DNA of 64,000 nt from an uncultured Methanosarcinales archaeon (lineage in GTDB: Archaea > Nanobdellota > Nanobdellia > Woesearchaeales > CAZYIM01): positions 16,235-80,234 of the forward strand of contig CAZYIM010000002.1 of the NCBI GenBank assembly GCA_964647565.1, in the 5' to 3' direction. Below the pieces are notes generated by a model that ran no database searches, was not told the DNA's origin, and worked only from the letters and a program-made list of their open reading frames with translations. Below, in pieces: positions 1 through 9,755 of the stretch (the stretch's first letter is position 1; the number at the start of each line of letters is the position of its first letter). The position numbers and the translations under genes are program-made.

Positions 1-371
1 AGGATGTTTTCACCTTCTCCAACTATTACCTGGTCAAAATTATTGACAACATCTGCAGGCACCATACTTGCATGTATGCCTCCAAGAATGGTGTGGCCTT
101 GAGGGTAATAGGATTTGTAGGTTCTTGCGATTTCTTTTCCCCTGTTAACATTAGTGGTCAAACAGGTCAGGCAAAGGATATCGCAGTCAAGCTCCTCAGG
201 TCTTACATCTCTTTTGAGAATATTTTCATTCAGGATTTGAACATCGAAACCCGCTTCCTTGGCGATGGTGCCAAGATATACTGGACCTAAAAGAGGGATA
301 GTCATGAATTTATCAAAGACATTTGAACGTGCACCTCTTGGTTCAACAAATATTACCCTCTTTTTGTTCAT
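1..371 (-). CDS. B12-binding domain radical SAM protein, N-terminal part (gene continues beyond window start)
   Basis: Minus-strand translation from ATG (complement of 369-371) reads MNKKRVIFVEPRGARSNVFDKFMTIPLLGPVYLGTIAKEAGFDVQILNENI...LCLTCLTTNVNRGKEIARTYKSYYPQGHTILGGIHASMVP. This is the typical cobalamin-binding N-terminal domain of B12-dependent radical SAM enzymes. The ORF runs off the window edge, so it is absent from the ORF track. Confidence 0.55.
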   Translation of the reverse strand, partial: MNKKRVIFVEPRGARSNVFDKFMTIPLLGPVYLGTIAKEAGFDVQILNENILKRDVRPEELDCDILCLTCLTTNVNRGKEIARTYKSYYPQGHTILGGIHASMVPADVVNNFDQVIVGEGENI

Positions 372-850
372 TTTATTCTCTTATTGAAATAATCTATGAT
401 ATATAAACTTATTCCAAAAAATACCAGAGAAAGAGGCCAAGTTCTGGCTGACACCGCAAAGATTAGATAAAATGTAAGAAAGAGCATCACAAAGGCAACA
501 GCCATAATTGTGAAAACCTTTAATCTTATGAAAAAGGTGGTGGTGCTGAATGCCAGGCCGATTATCAAAAGGAAGAACGGCCATTGTGTTGCCAGGTTAG
601 TCCAGGAAGTGTAGTTAAGATAAAAAAAGAAAACACTTAGGAATGAGATAAAGCTTCCGATCCATATCAGGCCTGCTTCTTTTTTCTTAGAATGATGGAA
701 CAAGAGAATGAATCCTGCCCCTACTATCAACGGAAAGATAGGCCAGAGCCTGCTTAGACCCTCAAGTATGTCAAAATTCTCCAGAGTTACTATTATTCCT
801 GCAAGTATGAAGAAGATTGAAAGGAATACAAGACTTGCGTTTTTTCTCAT
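368..850 (-). CDS. integral membrane protein, hypothetical
   Basis: 160-aa ORF with about 5 predicted hydrophobic helices. No recognisable motif. Confidence 0.4.
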   Translation of the reverse strand: MRKNASLVFLSIFFILAGIIVTLENFDILEGLSRLWPIFPLIVGAGFILLFHHSKKKEAGLIWIGSFISFLSVFFFYLNYTSWTNLATQWPFFLLIIGLAFSTTTFFIRLKVFTIMAVAFVMLFLTFYLIFAVSARTWPLSLVFFGISLYIIDYFNKRIK

Positions 851-887
851 TGTTTTAAGATGCGTGGATTTGTTTATTTAAATCTTC

Positions 888-1745
888 TTAATTGTCTGGT
901 TTGCAGAGGCTCAGCACTACTTGATGCACTGCCTTGTATCTTTGGCTGAGATCTTTTTTTGAGTTTTCAGAGATCTTTGTATTGCCTATGCTTTTGAATA
1001 TGCTCTCTGTAAGCACCAGGCATTTATTCATTGTCTTGATGGTTGATCTATCTTTCCATTTCATCTGGTTCTGCTCGAGTATCTTTATCAGCTCTACAAA
1101 CCTTTCCAGAGATTGCAGTATGCTGTTGAGCAGCAGTTCCGTATTTGTGGTATCTATTGTTTTGGAATACCCTGACCTGCCTCTCTTGAGGACGAGGTCT
1201 CTTATCTCCTTTAAGGTTTCCTCAAATGAATCTGCATAGAGTTCTATGTCCCTGATCTTGGTTCGTCTCATGGTGCCTTCTTCTACACCAAATATCAGGT
1301 TGCTTATGTTCTGCCTGAACAGCAGAAGGGATGATCTTAGCCTGTTGACTTTCTCGTTGAATGATATCTCATACAGCTCGCTGAGTATGGCGTGCTGCCT
1401 GATGGATACTAGTTTTGAGGTCACTACTGCCAGCAATATCAGCCCTAGTATGACTTCGATGATTGCTATGAACCTATAGAATCCGAATGGGATGATATCC
1501 CCAAAACCAGTTGTTGTGGCTGTGACAAAGCTGAAGTAGATGGTGTTTAAGATGCCGGGTCTTGTGTTTTGATCTGCTGTAGTCAGTAGATATGTGTTTG
1601 GGCTGTCTAAGGAATGATAGAGGATTCCGAAGATTATGATTATGGATATCCATATCAAGAAGATCAATGGGAAGCTTAATCTGTCCAGCCAGTCAGATAC
1701 TTTTGTTGATCGCATGGACTTTATCAGGCCGGACTTTTTTTGCAT
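888..1745 (-). CDS. potassium channel family protein (two-TM pore domain plus cytoplasmic regulatory part)
   Basis: Two TM helices flank a pore-helix/selectivity-filter-like segment FVTATTTGFGDIIP (the TxxTxGFGD K+ channel signature). 285 aa. Confidence 0.6.
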   Translation of the reverse strand: MQKKSGLIKSMRSTKVSDWLDRLSFPLIFLIWISIIIIFGILYHSLDSPNTYLLTTADQNTRPGILNTIYFSFVTATTTGFGDIIPFGFYRFIAIIEVILGLILLAVVTSKLVSIRQHAILSELYEISFNEKVNRLRSSLLLFRQNISNLIFGVEEGTMRRTKIRDIELYADSFEETLKEIRDLVLKRGRSGYSKTIDTTNTELLLNSILQSLERFVELIKILEQNQMKWKDRSTIKTMNKCLVLTESIFKSIGNTKISENSKKDLSQRYKAVHQVVLSLCKPDN

Positions 1746-1846
1746 GGTTTTTTGCTTGTTTTTGGTTTTTAAATATCTTTTGAAAATAGTGCGGAATAGC
1801 TTATTTTGAATAACGTACTAAAACAAACTTTATATATGGTAACCAC

Positions 1847-4800
1847 TTGCCAATAACAACTATGATTGGTGAACAAGAATCTCTGCTGGAACAAGTCATC
1901 CTTGAGAACAGGAGGATCTTCAAGTCTATCAAGAAAAAGATAGATTGGCGACAATCGGTTTTAGGAGATGCGCCTACTCAAAGGGACATCAAGGAGTACA
2001 GGAAAAGAAGACGGAATCAAAAAGACGGGACTCCTTATAGTATAATCAATCCTAAATTCTATGATCAGATTGTTGAGATCTTGAAAAAAAAATATGCTGA
2101 ACCTGAAGCTCTTGATAAACATTTAAAGAATATATTGACAACATTCCCGATCTGGCAGAGGAACAGCAAGGGATTTGGTTTCAGTGACTATAATGTGGTT
2201 GATTTTGTTCGGAAATATTCAATTGTAGATGCTTTGGACAGGAGTGAGCTTCTTAAGCTGACCAACCTTGTTACAGCTAGGATAAAAGCTGATGATTCTT
2301 ATATGGGCTCAGACATAATCCGCAAAACCCTTCCCTCATTCATGAAGATAAAAATAGAGGGCACTCATTATGAGACCATACTCAAACTTGCTGGGCGGGC
2401 AACAGGCAAGCATAGCGGGCTGATAGTTGAGCATTTTGACAAGGTCAAGTCTGAGTTTGAACAAAGGAAACTAACTAGAAGAATGCCTAAACTCTTGGAG
2501 TTGCATAGTTTCCTCGAAGAAAATAATACTCATCTGATCAGTATCAGCCACGGATCATTAAGTCACCATCTTGATACCTTTGTCAAGCTTGATAAACATG
2601 ACAAGTTCTTTGACAAGACAATCGACCTTATAATACGTACAAAAACCACCAACCATTACTTTGGATATGATTCTATTGTCGAGTCTGTTGTTGGTTATAG
2701 GAAACGATTGATAAATCCTGAAAAAAGGGGCTGGTTTGACACTGCGATCAAGCTTGCAGACGCAGGTGTTGACCATGTTGATTATCTGAAGCATATCAGG
2801 AAGGTCAGAAGAAAATTTCCAAAGCTTGAGAAGATGTATTCTAAGTTCGCACTCTCTCTTGGAGAACACAGCAAAGACGCTGCAAGAAACCATCTCAATA
2901 ATCCTGCAGCATTAAGATTGATTGGCGGTGAACATGGCTATAGGTTCATAAGGACCGGACTTGGACTTGTCAAGGATTATGGGGACAGGGCTGCCGGTTA
3001 TTTCAATGAGGCAGAGCATATTCTCAAAGAGATGCCTGAACAATTTGATGATTGGATCACGACGGGCAGAGATTTTAGTGGAAAAGATGGACAGGACATG
3101 TTCTACTATATCAGCCATTCGCCCTTTGCAATGAAGAATGGTTTTCTGAATGATTATATCGGATGCTATAAAGATTTAAAGGAAAGACACAATAAATTTC
3201 TGCGTTCAGAAAAGAAGATAGTTAGAGATGAATGGTTTGCATCTGATGATTATAATTTTTATATTGAGAATGGGGATGATCCAAAAGATATTAAGAAGTG
3301 GGGGGATAGCTGGATCGAGAGTACGCTTAAAGAAAGGATACGCCATCATGGTTTTAGCAGCCTGATGCACCATTTTACCTCGTTTATAACTGCGCATGAG
3401 CATGGTATTCCTGTAGATTTCTGGTCTGAATTGTCCTGGAGCCTTTTCAACAAGAAAAAAGATACTTATGGTGATAATGTCCATAAGTTTTTCAATATGG
3501 TTAAGCAGGGATTTGAATACAAGAAACTAACTGAGGTATTTTTTGATTTGGTGGATTTCAATCTCTTTAACCATTACATGGACGATGATGTCGAAGAAAA
3601 AGCCAGGATGATGACAGTCATCAATTCAGATATCCATCTGACTCTGAAATCAGAGAAACTCTATAACTTTTCAATATTAAAAAAAGTTGAAGGGGTTCCT
3701 GGTCCTACACTTGATGACAGCTGGCTGGACGGAATTGAACAGCATGTGAATTCAGCATTCAGGAGTATATGGAAAACCAGCCCTAAAGGACTGACTCTTA
3801 ATGAGAAGATGAAAATGCTGATGCTTGATGGCCATGATGATGATTTCAGGATCCAGTACCTGCTAAAGTTAAGGAAGAAAAATAAGATGCCAGAGAAGGA
3901 CTTTGAACTTGGCAAGGAATACGGGCAGGTTCTTCTTTCAGGATTAAAAGCCTATGAGAATCCTACACAGATGGCTTTGTATCTTATCCAGGGACTTGTG
4001 GGTCGTGATGAAAAGGATAGGAAAAATGCAGAATCATATTTTGAGCCTAAATTTCTGGAAACTGCCAGGGGATATGTCGAGCTGCCTTTCTTATTCCCTA
4101 AAATAAGAGACTATATGTCATCATTGCGATCAGGCGATGAGCATGCTGCCAAAAAAGTGCTTCATGTACTAAAGGAAACATATCATTCCAAACATCACCT
4201 GCTTCGTCTTGTTTCAGGAATCGAGGGTATGTTCAGTCAGACTTTTGTCTACGATGCATTGTCAATCAGGATGCAGAATCATGATCTTTCAGATATGTTT
4301 GACAATCGTAGGATTAAGAGTTGCGTCTTCTATCCGCGAGGTGAGTGCCATGAAAAGGCCCCTACTCACGCGCTTGACAGGGACTATGGGATTCTCCAGA
4401 TCAAGCCAGTATATCAGGCGAACTTTCTTGATCCTATAGGTGCTGCACTTGCTCTTAACTGTGCTGATCAAAAAACCAAGGAGAAAGTACTTTTTGTGAG
4501 TAGTGTAGAAGGGGGTACTGCGCTGCGAAGAATTAAAAAGAAGCACTGGATTCCGATGGTACATACAGGCTTATTATCTGCTGCTGCTGACAACCATGCA
4601 GCAAAACTTGCATATCATTTAGATCCTGGCAATATGACTGCAAAATATTTTATCAACAACCTGGGCAAGATAGGGGGTGTAAGGACAAAGCTGGATCTGA
4701 TGAAATGTCATGGCGATGATTGCCTGATGGGGCATAAGAAGATAATCTCCTCTATGAGGGGTGCAAAAGACGACAATAGTGTTAGAAGACTTGATGATGG

Positions 4801-4894
4801 TGTCTATATCAAGGCCTTTAGTCATGCTCAGTATGGTGGTAAGTATGATCCTGGGGGCACAGCTAACGCTATTGTATTTGATATAAAAAAATAG
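1847..4894 (+). CDS. large hypothetical protein (1015 aa)
   Basis: Long uninterrupted ORF with AT-rich codon usage typical of the window. A TATA-like tttatata lies at 1831-1838, so the true start may be the leaderless ATG at 1862 (MIGEQ...). No recognisable catalytic motif. Confidence 0.5.
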   Translation: MPITTMIGEQESLLEQVILENRRIFKSIKKKIDWRQSVLGDAPTQRDIKEYRKRRRNQKDGTPYSIINPKFYDQIVEILKKKYAEPEALDKHLKNILTTFPIWQRNSKGFGFSDYNVVDFVRKYSIVDALDRSELLKLTNLVTARIKADDSYMGSDIIRKTLPSFMKIKIEGTHYETILKLAGRATGKHSGLIVEHFDKVKSEFEQRKLTRRMPKLLELHSFLEENNTHLISISHGSLSHHLDTFVKLDKHDKFFDKTIDLIIRTKTTNHYFGYDSIVESVVGYRKRLINPEKRGWFDTAIKLADAGVDHVDYLKHIRKVRRKFPKLEKMYSKFALSLGEHSKDAARNHLNNPAALRLIGGEHGYRFIRTGLGLVKDYGDRAAGYFNEAEHILKEMPEQFDDWITTGRDFSGKDGQDMFYYISHSPFAMKNGFLNDYIGCYKDLKERHNKFLRSEKKIVRDEWFASDDYNFYIENGDDPKDIKKWGDSWIESTLKERIRHHGFSSLMHHFTSFITAHEHGIPVDFWSELSWSLFNKKKDTYGDNVHKFFNMVKQGFEYKKLTEVFFDLVDFNLFNHYMDDDVEEKARMMTVINSDIHLTLKSEKLYNFSILKKVEGVPGPTLDDSWLDGIEQHVNSAFRSIWKTSPKGLTLNEKMKMLMLDGHDDDFRIQYLLKLRKKNKMPEKDFELGKEYGQVLLSGLKAYENPTQMALYLIQGLVGRDEKDRKNAESYFEPKFLETARGYVELPFLFPKIRDYMSSLRSGDEHAAKKVLHVLKETYHSKHHLLRLVSGIEGMFSQTFVYDALSIRMQNHDLSDMFDNRRIKSCVFYPRGECHEKAPTHALDRDYGILQIKPVYQANFLDPIGAALALNCADQKTKEKVLFVSSVEGGTALRRIKKKHWIPMVHTGLLSAAADNHAAKLAYHLDPGNMTAKYFINNLGKIGGVRTKLDLMKCHGDDCLMGHKKIISSMRGAKDDNSVRRLDDGVYIKAFSHAQYGGKYDPGGTANAIVFDIKK

Positions 4895-5009
4895 AATAAC
4901 TTTTTTTGCCGCGCTCCGTCCACATAGTTATTCACTTCTGTCGCCGATTTATTTGACATCGAGTGATTATCCTTGGACTTCGCTTGGCGGCAATGTAAAA
5001 GTAAACAAT

Positions 5010-5924
5010 CTAATAATAATCCTGCTGTCTTACCTTGCCTGCTGTAATATCCACGCCTTTCTTTATGCCGCCTAGTAATGTACGTGAGGCATATTCTTTT
5101 ACAGGTCTTAGATTGACCTGGTCCAGGCTCTGGATAAGGCAGTAATGGTCTGCATTTGGTAATGGAAGGTCGTGCTGGTCATTCAGGACTCTCAACAACA
5201 TCTCAGCTGGCTTGACTCCCTGATAGTCCATCAGGTCCTTGAATTTGATCATTACACCTTCTGGCATCTTTTTGACATCAGTAATAAACATGTTGTATCT
5301 TTTGTCTCCCTTGTTATATACTATGTCTGCTACCCTGTCTCCCTGCTTTAGAATATCTAAAGGTGCTGCCTCTGGATTTGAGACAATAGCCTTGTAGAGC
5401 TTGTCAACATTGGCTTCGTGATCTTCAGAGACCTCTAGTCTTAGCTTCCTTTGCATTGGTATCTTGTACACTCTTACATTTTCTTGGCTTTCGTTCTCTC
5501 CAAGAAAATCCTTGACTTCATTTGTCAAAAGACCGAATAGATTTTTAGCAATCTTGACGCCAGTCTCCGCAATCTCGCGGACTTCATGCTTCAGCTTTGG
5601 CTTGTGGACTGTTATGCTGGACAGGTTTGGGTTGAAAATCTTTACTGGAGTCTCCTTTAGGCCCCTGTGATGGTATCCCTCGATGACAATGCCCTGTACT
5701 TCGCCTTCGACTGCGTAATCTGAGAGCTTCCTGGTGTCATCATCGCCAGAATAATGAGTAGATCCTAAGCTGGCTTTCACCACTTTAAGACCTTTGATAT
5801 TGGGCTTGGCGAAAGGATTCTGCCTGTTGTTGACATCTACCAGAAGATCTCTTTCTGTATTGTTTAGTATGTTTAAGAAATAATCTATTGTTTCTTTGCT
5901 TAATCTTTGTAACATGGGTATCAC
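5010..5924 (-). CDS. hypothetical protein
   Basis: 304-aa ORF, convergent with the preceding gene. No motif recognised. Confidence 0.45.
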   Translation of the reverse strand: MIPMLQRLSKETIDYFLNILNNTERDLLVDVNNRQNPFAKPNIKGLKVVKASLGSTHYSGDDDTRKLSDYAVEGEVQGIVIEGYHHRGLKETPVKIFNPNLSSITVHKPKLKHEVREIAETGVKIAKNLFGLLTNEVKDFLGENESQENVRVYKIPMQRKLRLEVSEDHEANVDKLYKAIVSNPEAAPLDILKQGDRVADIVYNKGDKRYNMFITDVKKMPEGVMIKFKDLMDYQGVKPAEMLLRVLNDQHDLPLPNADHYCLIQSLDQVNLRPVKEYASRTLLGGIKKGVDITAGKVRQQDYY

Positions 5925-6079
5925 CTGAACTGGTTTTAATTAGGGGAATGTAAATTAGTTTTTAATTCTTTCGATGGATTGCTACTCTTGAGTGATTATG
6001 AATTAGAACGCTGTTAAAATGTCCAAATAAAACTAATTAGGAAATTTAGAGCTGAATATTAAAAAAATAAAAAAAAGAA

Positions 6080-6724
6080 TTATTCCTGTATCACCTTGAT
6101 TGTTGGCCTCATTATATAGTTTTCTCCTGCCTTATGGACAGATTTTTCTGCATCGAAGTCAAGGGTTAGAGTAGTTGTCTGATTTGCAACTATATCGAAG
6201 TTCTTGACTAACTTTATCTTTTCACTAGGTATAGTCAATGAAGCCTCTTCACCGCTCAGGAAAAGCTTGGCAGAGTCAACACTTAGGCGTATTTGGGTGT
6301 ATTTGCCTGCCTCAAACTCCTTAGATCCTAAGAACTCTTTAACATCCTTGATCTGGATAAGATCATAAGTGACAGGACCCTCAACCACTGTACTCCAACC
6401 TGCCTCATCAGTCACATTTTCGCATGTCTCGACCAATTGGCTTACATTTTCACAGATAGTAGTATCATTATTGCATATCTCTTCAATAACTGTTTCGTTG
6501 GTACATACTAATTCTAAGTTGCCGCCAGCTGTATGAACCTGTATATTTGAAATGATCACTTCAAGTGCTGTTATGTTCAGGGTTTCAGGTTTTGCATCTG
6601 TTATCTGCAAGTTCAAAGTACCTGTACTATCTATGGTTTCAGGGGTTGGCGTATTACAACCGTTCACCAGAAATAATGTTATAACCAAAATGGATATAAT
6701 AAAAACAGTTCTCATAAATATCAC
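6080..6724 (-). CDS. secreted lipoprotein, hypothetical
   Basis: N-terminal signal peptide followed by lipobox-like LVNGC. Rest of protein is Thr/Asn-rich beta-type sequence. Confidence 0.5.
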   Translation of the reverse strand: MIFMRTVFIISILVITLFLVNGCNTPTPETIDSTGTLNLQITDAKPETLNITALEVIISNIQVHTAGGNLELVCTNETVIEEICNNDTTICENVSQLVETCENVTDEAGWSTVVEGPVTYDLIQIKDVKEFLGSKEFEAGKYTQIRLSVDSAKLFLSGEEASLTIPSEKIKLVKNFDIVANQTTTLTLDFDAEKSVHKAGENYIMRPTIKVIQE

Positions 6725-6813
6725 CCTCTTTTATTTTTATGAATCTTAAAGTTCTTATAGTTTATAAAATTTTATTTTTTATTAACCTTCTAGGTAAAAA
6801 ATAGATAGAAAAA

Positions 6814-7062
6814 AGCGCCAAGGCCCAGACTTTCAGGTTGGTGCCCGCAATTGGTCACCGACTGTTTGAACTGGGAATTCCATACGGAACAAGCTATCCT
6901 GCAAATGGATTCCAGGCTTGCGCAATATCCCGCCAGATAATTTCTCATCCAGTACCGGGTTATGCGACCTTGGCGTGAACGTGAGTGAATGCCATTGGCG
7001 CGACCAGCAAACTTTTTTTTTGTTTGCTCTGTATGCGACCTTGGCGTGAGCGTTAAGAATGA
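6814..7062. ncRNA. GC-rich structured RNA candidate (identity unresolved; SRP-RNA-like size)
   Basis: A GC-rich island of about 250 nt (roughly 50% GC) sits in otherwise AT-rich intergenic DNA between two minus-strand genes. It has a 5' segment GCGCCAAGG (6815-6823) complementary to CCTTGGCG that occurs twice, inside a roughly 30-nt tandem duplication TATGCGACCTTGGCGTGARCGT..GAATG at 6961-6991 and 7032-7062. It also has an internal stem GGAATTCCAT...ATGGATTCC, a hairpin GCAAAC-T9-GTTTGC, and a T-tract on the minus strand at 6800-6813. Confidence 0.25.
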
Positions 7063-7083
7063 ATTTCAGTTCCTTTATAAAAA

Positions 7084-7503
7084 TTATTGTTTAGAAAGCG
7101 CGTCCATTGCATCTGTTACTCTTTGTTGCATCCAATCTGGGTAGTCTCCTTCTAATATCTCTTCTGGCGTAACCCAGGTGTGGTGCGTGTGCTCGTCGCT
7201 TAGTTTGACATCACCACTTTTGTATTTGCAATAGAATGTGGTTCCGACTATCTGTGTATTCTCGTCAAACATAAAACTCCATGAACTGGTGGGCTTTACT
7301 ATCTCTACTTCAAGACCGGTTTCCTCTTCTATCTCCCTCTTCAAGCCTTGTTTTGGGCTTTCTCCAAATTCCAGCTTGCCTCCAGGAAAGTCCAGCTCGT
7401 TAGGATTAAACTTTTCTTTTTCGCTTCGGGATATTAGAAGGATTTTTCCCTCTTTTTGTATGATTCCTTTTGCTGCAACTCGTGTCTTTTGTTCCATGAC
7501 CAA
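7084..7503 (-). CDS. NUDIX hydrolase
   Basis: Nudix box GGKLEFGESPKQGLKREIEEETGL matches the GX5EX7REUXEEXGU signature. Confidence 0.75.
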   Translation of the reverse strand: MVMEQKTRVAAKGIIQKEGKILLISRSEKEKFNPNELDFPGGKLEFGESPKQGLKREIEEETGLEVEIVKPTSSWSFMFDENTQIVGTTFYCKYKSGDVKLSDEHTHHTWVTPEEILEGDYPDWMQQRVTDAMDALSKQ

Positions 7504-7602
7504 AAGTTGTCCAGTTTTCGTTTATAAGTGTTGCTCTTTGTAACCGAAATCTATATATAGTTAGGAAATCAATATTAGTGTTTAATCTAGGAGGGTGGCA
7601 CT

Positions 7603-8388
7603 ATGGATATGAAAAAACTGTCGATAGGAATATTGTTAGCATTGGGCGTAACGTTTGGATCAACAAAAGCTTTGGCGCAGAAGAAGGTATATCCTCGTAC
7701 AACTTTTCAGGCAGAGCAGGTTGTGGCATATCTGGAATCTGATGCGGATACACTGAGTCATGCCGAGCATGTTATGCTTGGAGACTCAATTAAACCAAAA
7801 AAAGATTATCCTAAGGTTATCCTGCTTGGGGAGACTGATAAGGGATACCTGAAAGCAGAATTCTCAATGGGCAGTTCTCTTAATACACTTTATACTGAGG
7901 AACTTCCAGAAAAATGGGAAGATAGATATGGATATGCAATCATAGATGGAAAAAAAAGAATAATAGAATACCTTCATCCAAAGCCAGTGCTACAACATCT
8001 GACTAAAACATGCAATAATCTCAATTTACATCTTTATGCTGAGACTGGTGAAGAAGTGTTCTGGCTTATGGATAAAGGTCCTGTCCTTCCGACAGCTGCG
8101 CCAGGTCACGGGCCTTTTGAATATGGAACGATTGACGAGGCAATAAATCGTAATTACCCTCGGGGCTGGGATATAGAAAATGTTAAGCCAATGACGCCTC
8201 TTTATGATAAGTTACTTGCTATAGTGTCTGGTCATCTGGCTGATACAAAAAGTTATCCGATACCCCAGATTCCTCTAAAGAAGGAAAAGATTTCTGACTC
8301 TCCTGACAAGGAACTTATTGAGAAGTTCTACAATGTTGATTGGAAGGTTTATCAGAAAGTAAATGTAATAGATCTTGGTAAACCCTGA
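7603..8388 (+). CDS. secreted hypothetical protein
   Basis: N-terminal Sec-type signal peptide (LSIGILLALGVTFGSTKALA). 261 aa. Confidence 0.5.
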   Translation: MDMKKLSIGILLALGVTFGSTKALAQKKVYPRTTFQAEQVVAYLESDADTLSHAEHVMLGDSIKPKKDYPKVILLGETDKGYLKAEFSMGSSLNTLYTEELPEKWEDRYGYAIIDGKKRIIEYLHPKPVLQHLTKTCNNLNLHLYAETGEEVFWLMDKGPVLPTAAPGHGPFEYGTIDEAINRNYPRGWDIENVKPMTPLYDKLLAIVSGHLADTKSYPIPQIPLKKEKISDSPDKELIEKFYNVDWKVYQKVNVIDLGKP

Positions 8389-8536
8389 TCAGAATGAAAC
8401 ATAACCCTGTCGCTGTGTTCCTTATTTATACTTATTTAAGATACCTAAACTTACTGATTTCAAAAGAATTCAGACGTTTTGAAATAGTGAACCTATTTCA
8501 ATAACTTTTTAAATAAATCCTTTTTCTCAAGGCATC

Positions 8537-8791
8537 ATGGAAGGAACTATAGCTAATTTCGTACAGGGAAGACATCATACCAAAGGCAACCATATGATTA
8601 TTGTTGTCAATGGAGTGGATTCTAGAGACAAGGCTAAAGGATTAGTCGGTAAGAAAGTAGTTTTCAATACAGGAAAAAAGGATATTTCTGGTAAAGTGGC
8701 ATCTGCCCATGGCAACTCTGGTGCTATAAGGGTCATCTTTGAGACAGGTATGCCAGGCCAGAGCCTAGCTCAGAAAGTAAAAATAGAATAA
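8537..8791 (+). CDS. rpl35ae: ribosomal protein L35Ae
   Basis: 84-aa protein. Its glycine/lysine spacing (GRHHTKGNH...GLVGKKVVF...GKVASAHGNSGAIRVIF) matches the L35Ae family. Confidence 0.55.
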   Translation: MEGTIANFVQGRHHTKGNHMIIVVNGVDSRDKAKGLVGKKVVFNTGKKDISGKVASAHGNSGAIRVIFETGMPGQSLAQKVKIE

Positions 8792-8802
8792 AAATTCTTT
8801 TT

Positions 8803-9021
8803 CTAGAATTGTCGTATCATAAGAGCATCTATAATTAGAAAGATACCACCAATAGCGAGCAAGACATGTAATATCAAAGCAGGGATGGCGGGAAGAGTTA
8901 TCTGAACTAAGCCCAACTGTACAACTGCCAAGAATATCATGATAAGTCCAAGTAATATGCTGATTGCCTTAATGCCGTTTTTGCCACCGCCCATACCTTG
9001 TGCCAATTTATTATTAAACAT
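8803..9021 (-). CDS. small membrane protein, hypothetical
   Basis: 72 aa with two hydrophobic helices. Confidence 0.35.
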   Translation of the reverse strand: MFNNKLAQGMGGGKNGIKAISILLGLIMIFLAVVQLGLVQITLPAIPALILHVLLAIGGIFLIIDALMIRQF

Positions 9022-9158
9022 GATTTCACCTACTTTACACTTACTCTGATAAACACACTATTTAAATGTTTCTCTTTTATATGTCAGAGATAAATCACAG
9101 TTTAGATTGTGGACGAAGTCCCTTTCAAATTATTGAATATTCTTTATCTCTGATCATG

Positions 9159-9257
9159 ATCAAGAACCATCTAGTTAAATTGTCAAGAAGATTGTTTCAT
9201 TAATGCCACTTGTTAGTAATTAGTGGTTCTTGACAAAAGAACAATAATTTTATAAAG
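9159..9257 (+). promoter_or_regulatory. putative promoter/operator region of the exosome superoperon
   Basis: Inverted repeat ATCAAGAACCAT (9159-9170) / GTGGTTCTTGAC (9223-9234), plus a third half-site TGTCAAGAAG at 9181-9190, followed by a TATA-like TTTTATAAA at 9249-9257 upstream of the pop5 ATG at 9337. Confidence 0.2.
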
Positions 9258-9336
9258 GAAATAATAATTCCTAAGCAGGAAGGAGAAACAAAGACGCAGA
9301 AAGGGGTGCCTGATTTCTCTATTATATATAGCAAAA

Positions 9337-9696
9337 ATGACTAAATTAAAACCCTTATTACCTACATTAAAAGAGAAGAAAAGATATCTTGTTTTTGAGA
9401 TTATCAGTCAAAAACCATTAGTTAGAGATATATCCAAAGAGTTAGTTACAAAAGTTCAACGTATTTTGGGAGTATTCGATGCTGCGAAAGCAGGACTCAT
9501 GAGTATAAGGTATAATGTGAATACGCAGAGGGGTGTGATGAAGGTGAGTAACAAATATGTTGAGAAGTTGAAGGTGAGTTTAATGCTGACCAACATGCTG
9601 GAAAACCAGGATGTGTTGGTACAATCTCTTGGGGTGTCAGGTGTTCTGAAAAAAACTGAGAAGTTTCTGAAGATTCCTAACAAACTAGCAGGATAA
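9337..9696 (+). CDS. rnp2: RNase P protein component 2 (Pop5/Rnp2 homolog)
   Basis: 119 aa. N-terminal KLKPLLPTLKEKKRYLVFEI matches the archaeal Pop5 start. It is the first gene of the conserved archaeal pop5-psmA-...-rrp superoperon. Confidence 0.55.
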   Translation: MTKLKPLLPTLKEKKRYLVFEIISQKPLVRDISKELVTKVQRILGVFDAAKAGLMSIRYNVNTQRGVMKVSNKYVEKLKVSLMLTNMLENQDVLVQSLGVSGVLKKTEKFLKIPNKLAG

Positions 9697-9755
9697 AGAT
9701 AAAAAAAAGGAAATAATTTAAAAGATAATATATCGAGGTATTGAGGTTAAAAAAA

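Noticed and set aside
934-1479. Plus-strand ORFs 934-1239 and 1246-1479
   Set aside because: Both are fully embedded antisense in the potassium-channel gene, which has a clear pore signature. They show no motifs.
4906-4993. GC-rich inverted repeat TTGCCGCGC...GCGCTTGGCGGCAA between convergent genes
   Set aside because: It is most simply explained as a bidirectional terminator region; T7 follows the plus-gene stop directly. No tRNA-like T-loop or other RNA-family signature was seen. Kept only as a low-priority note.
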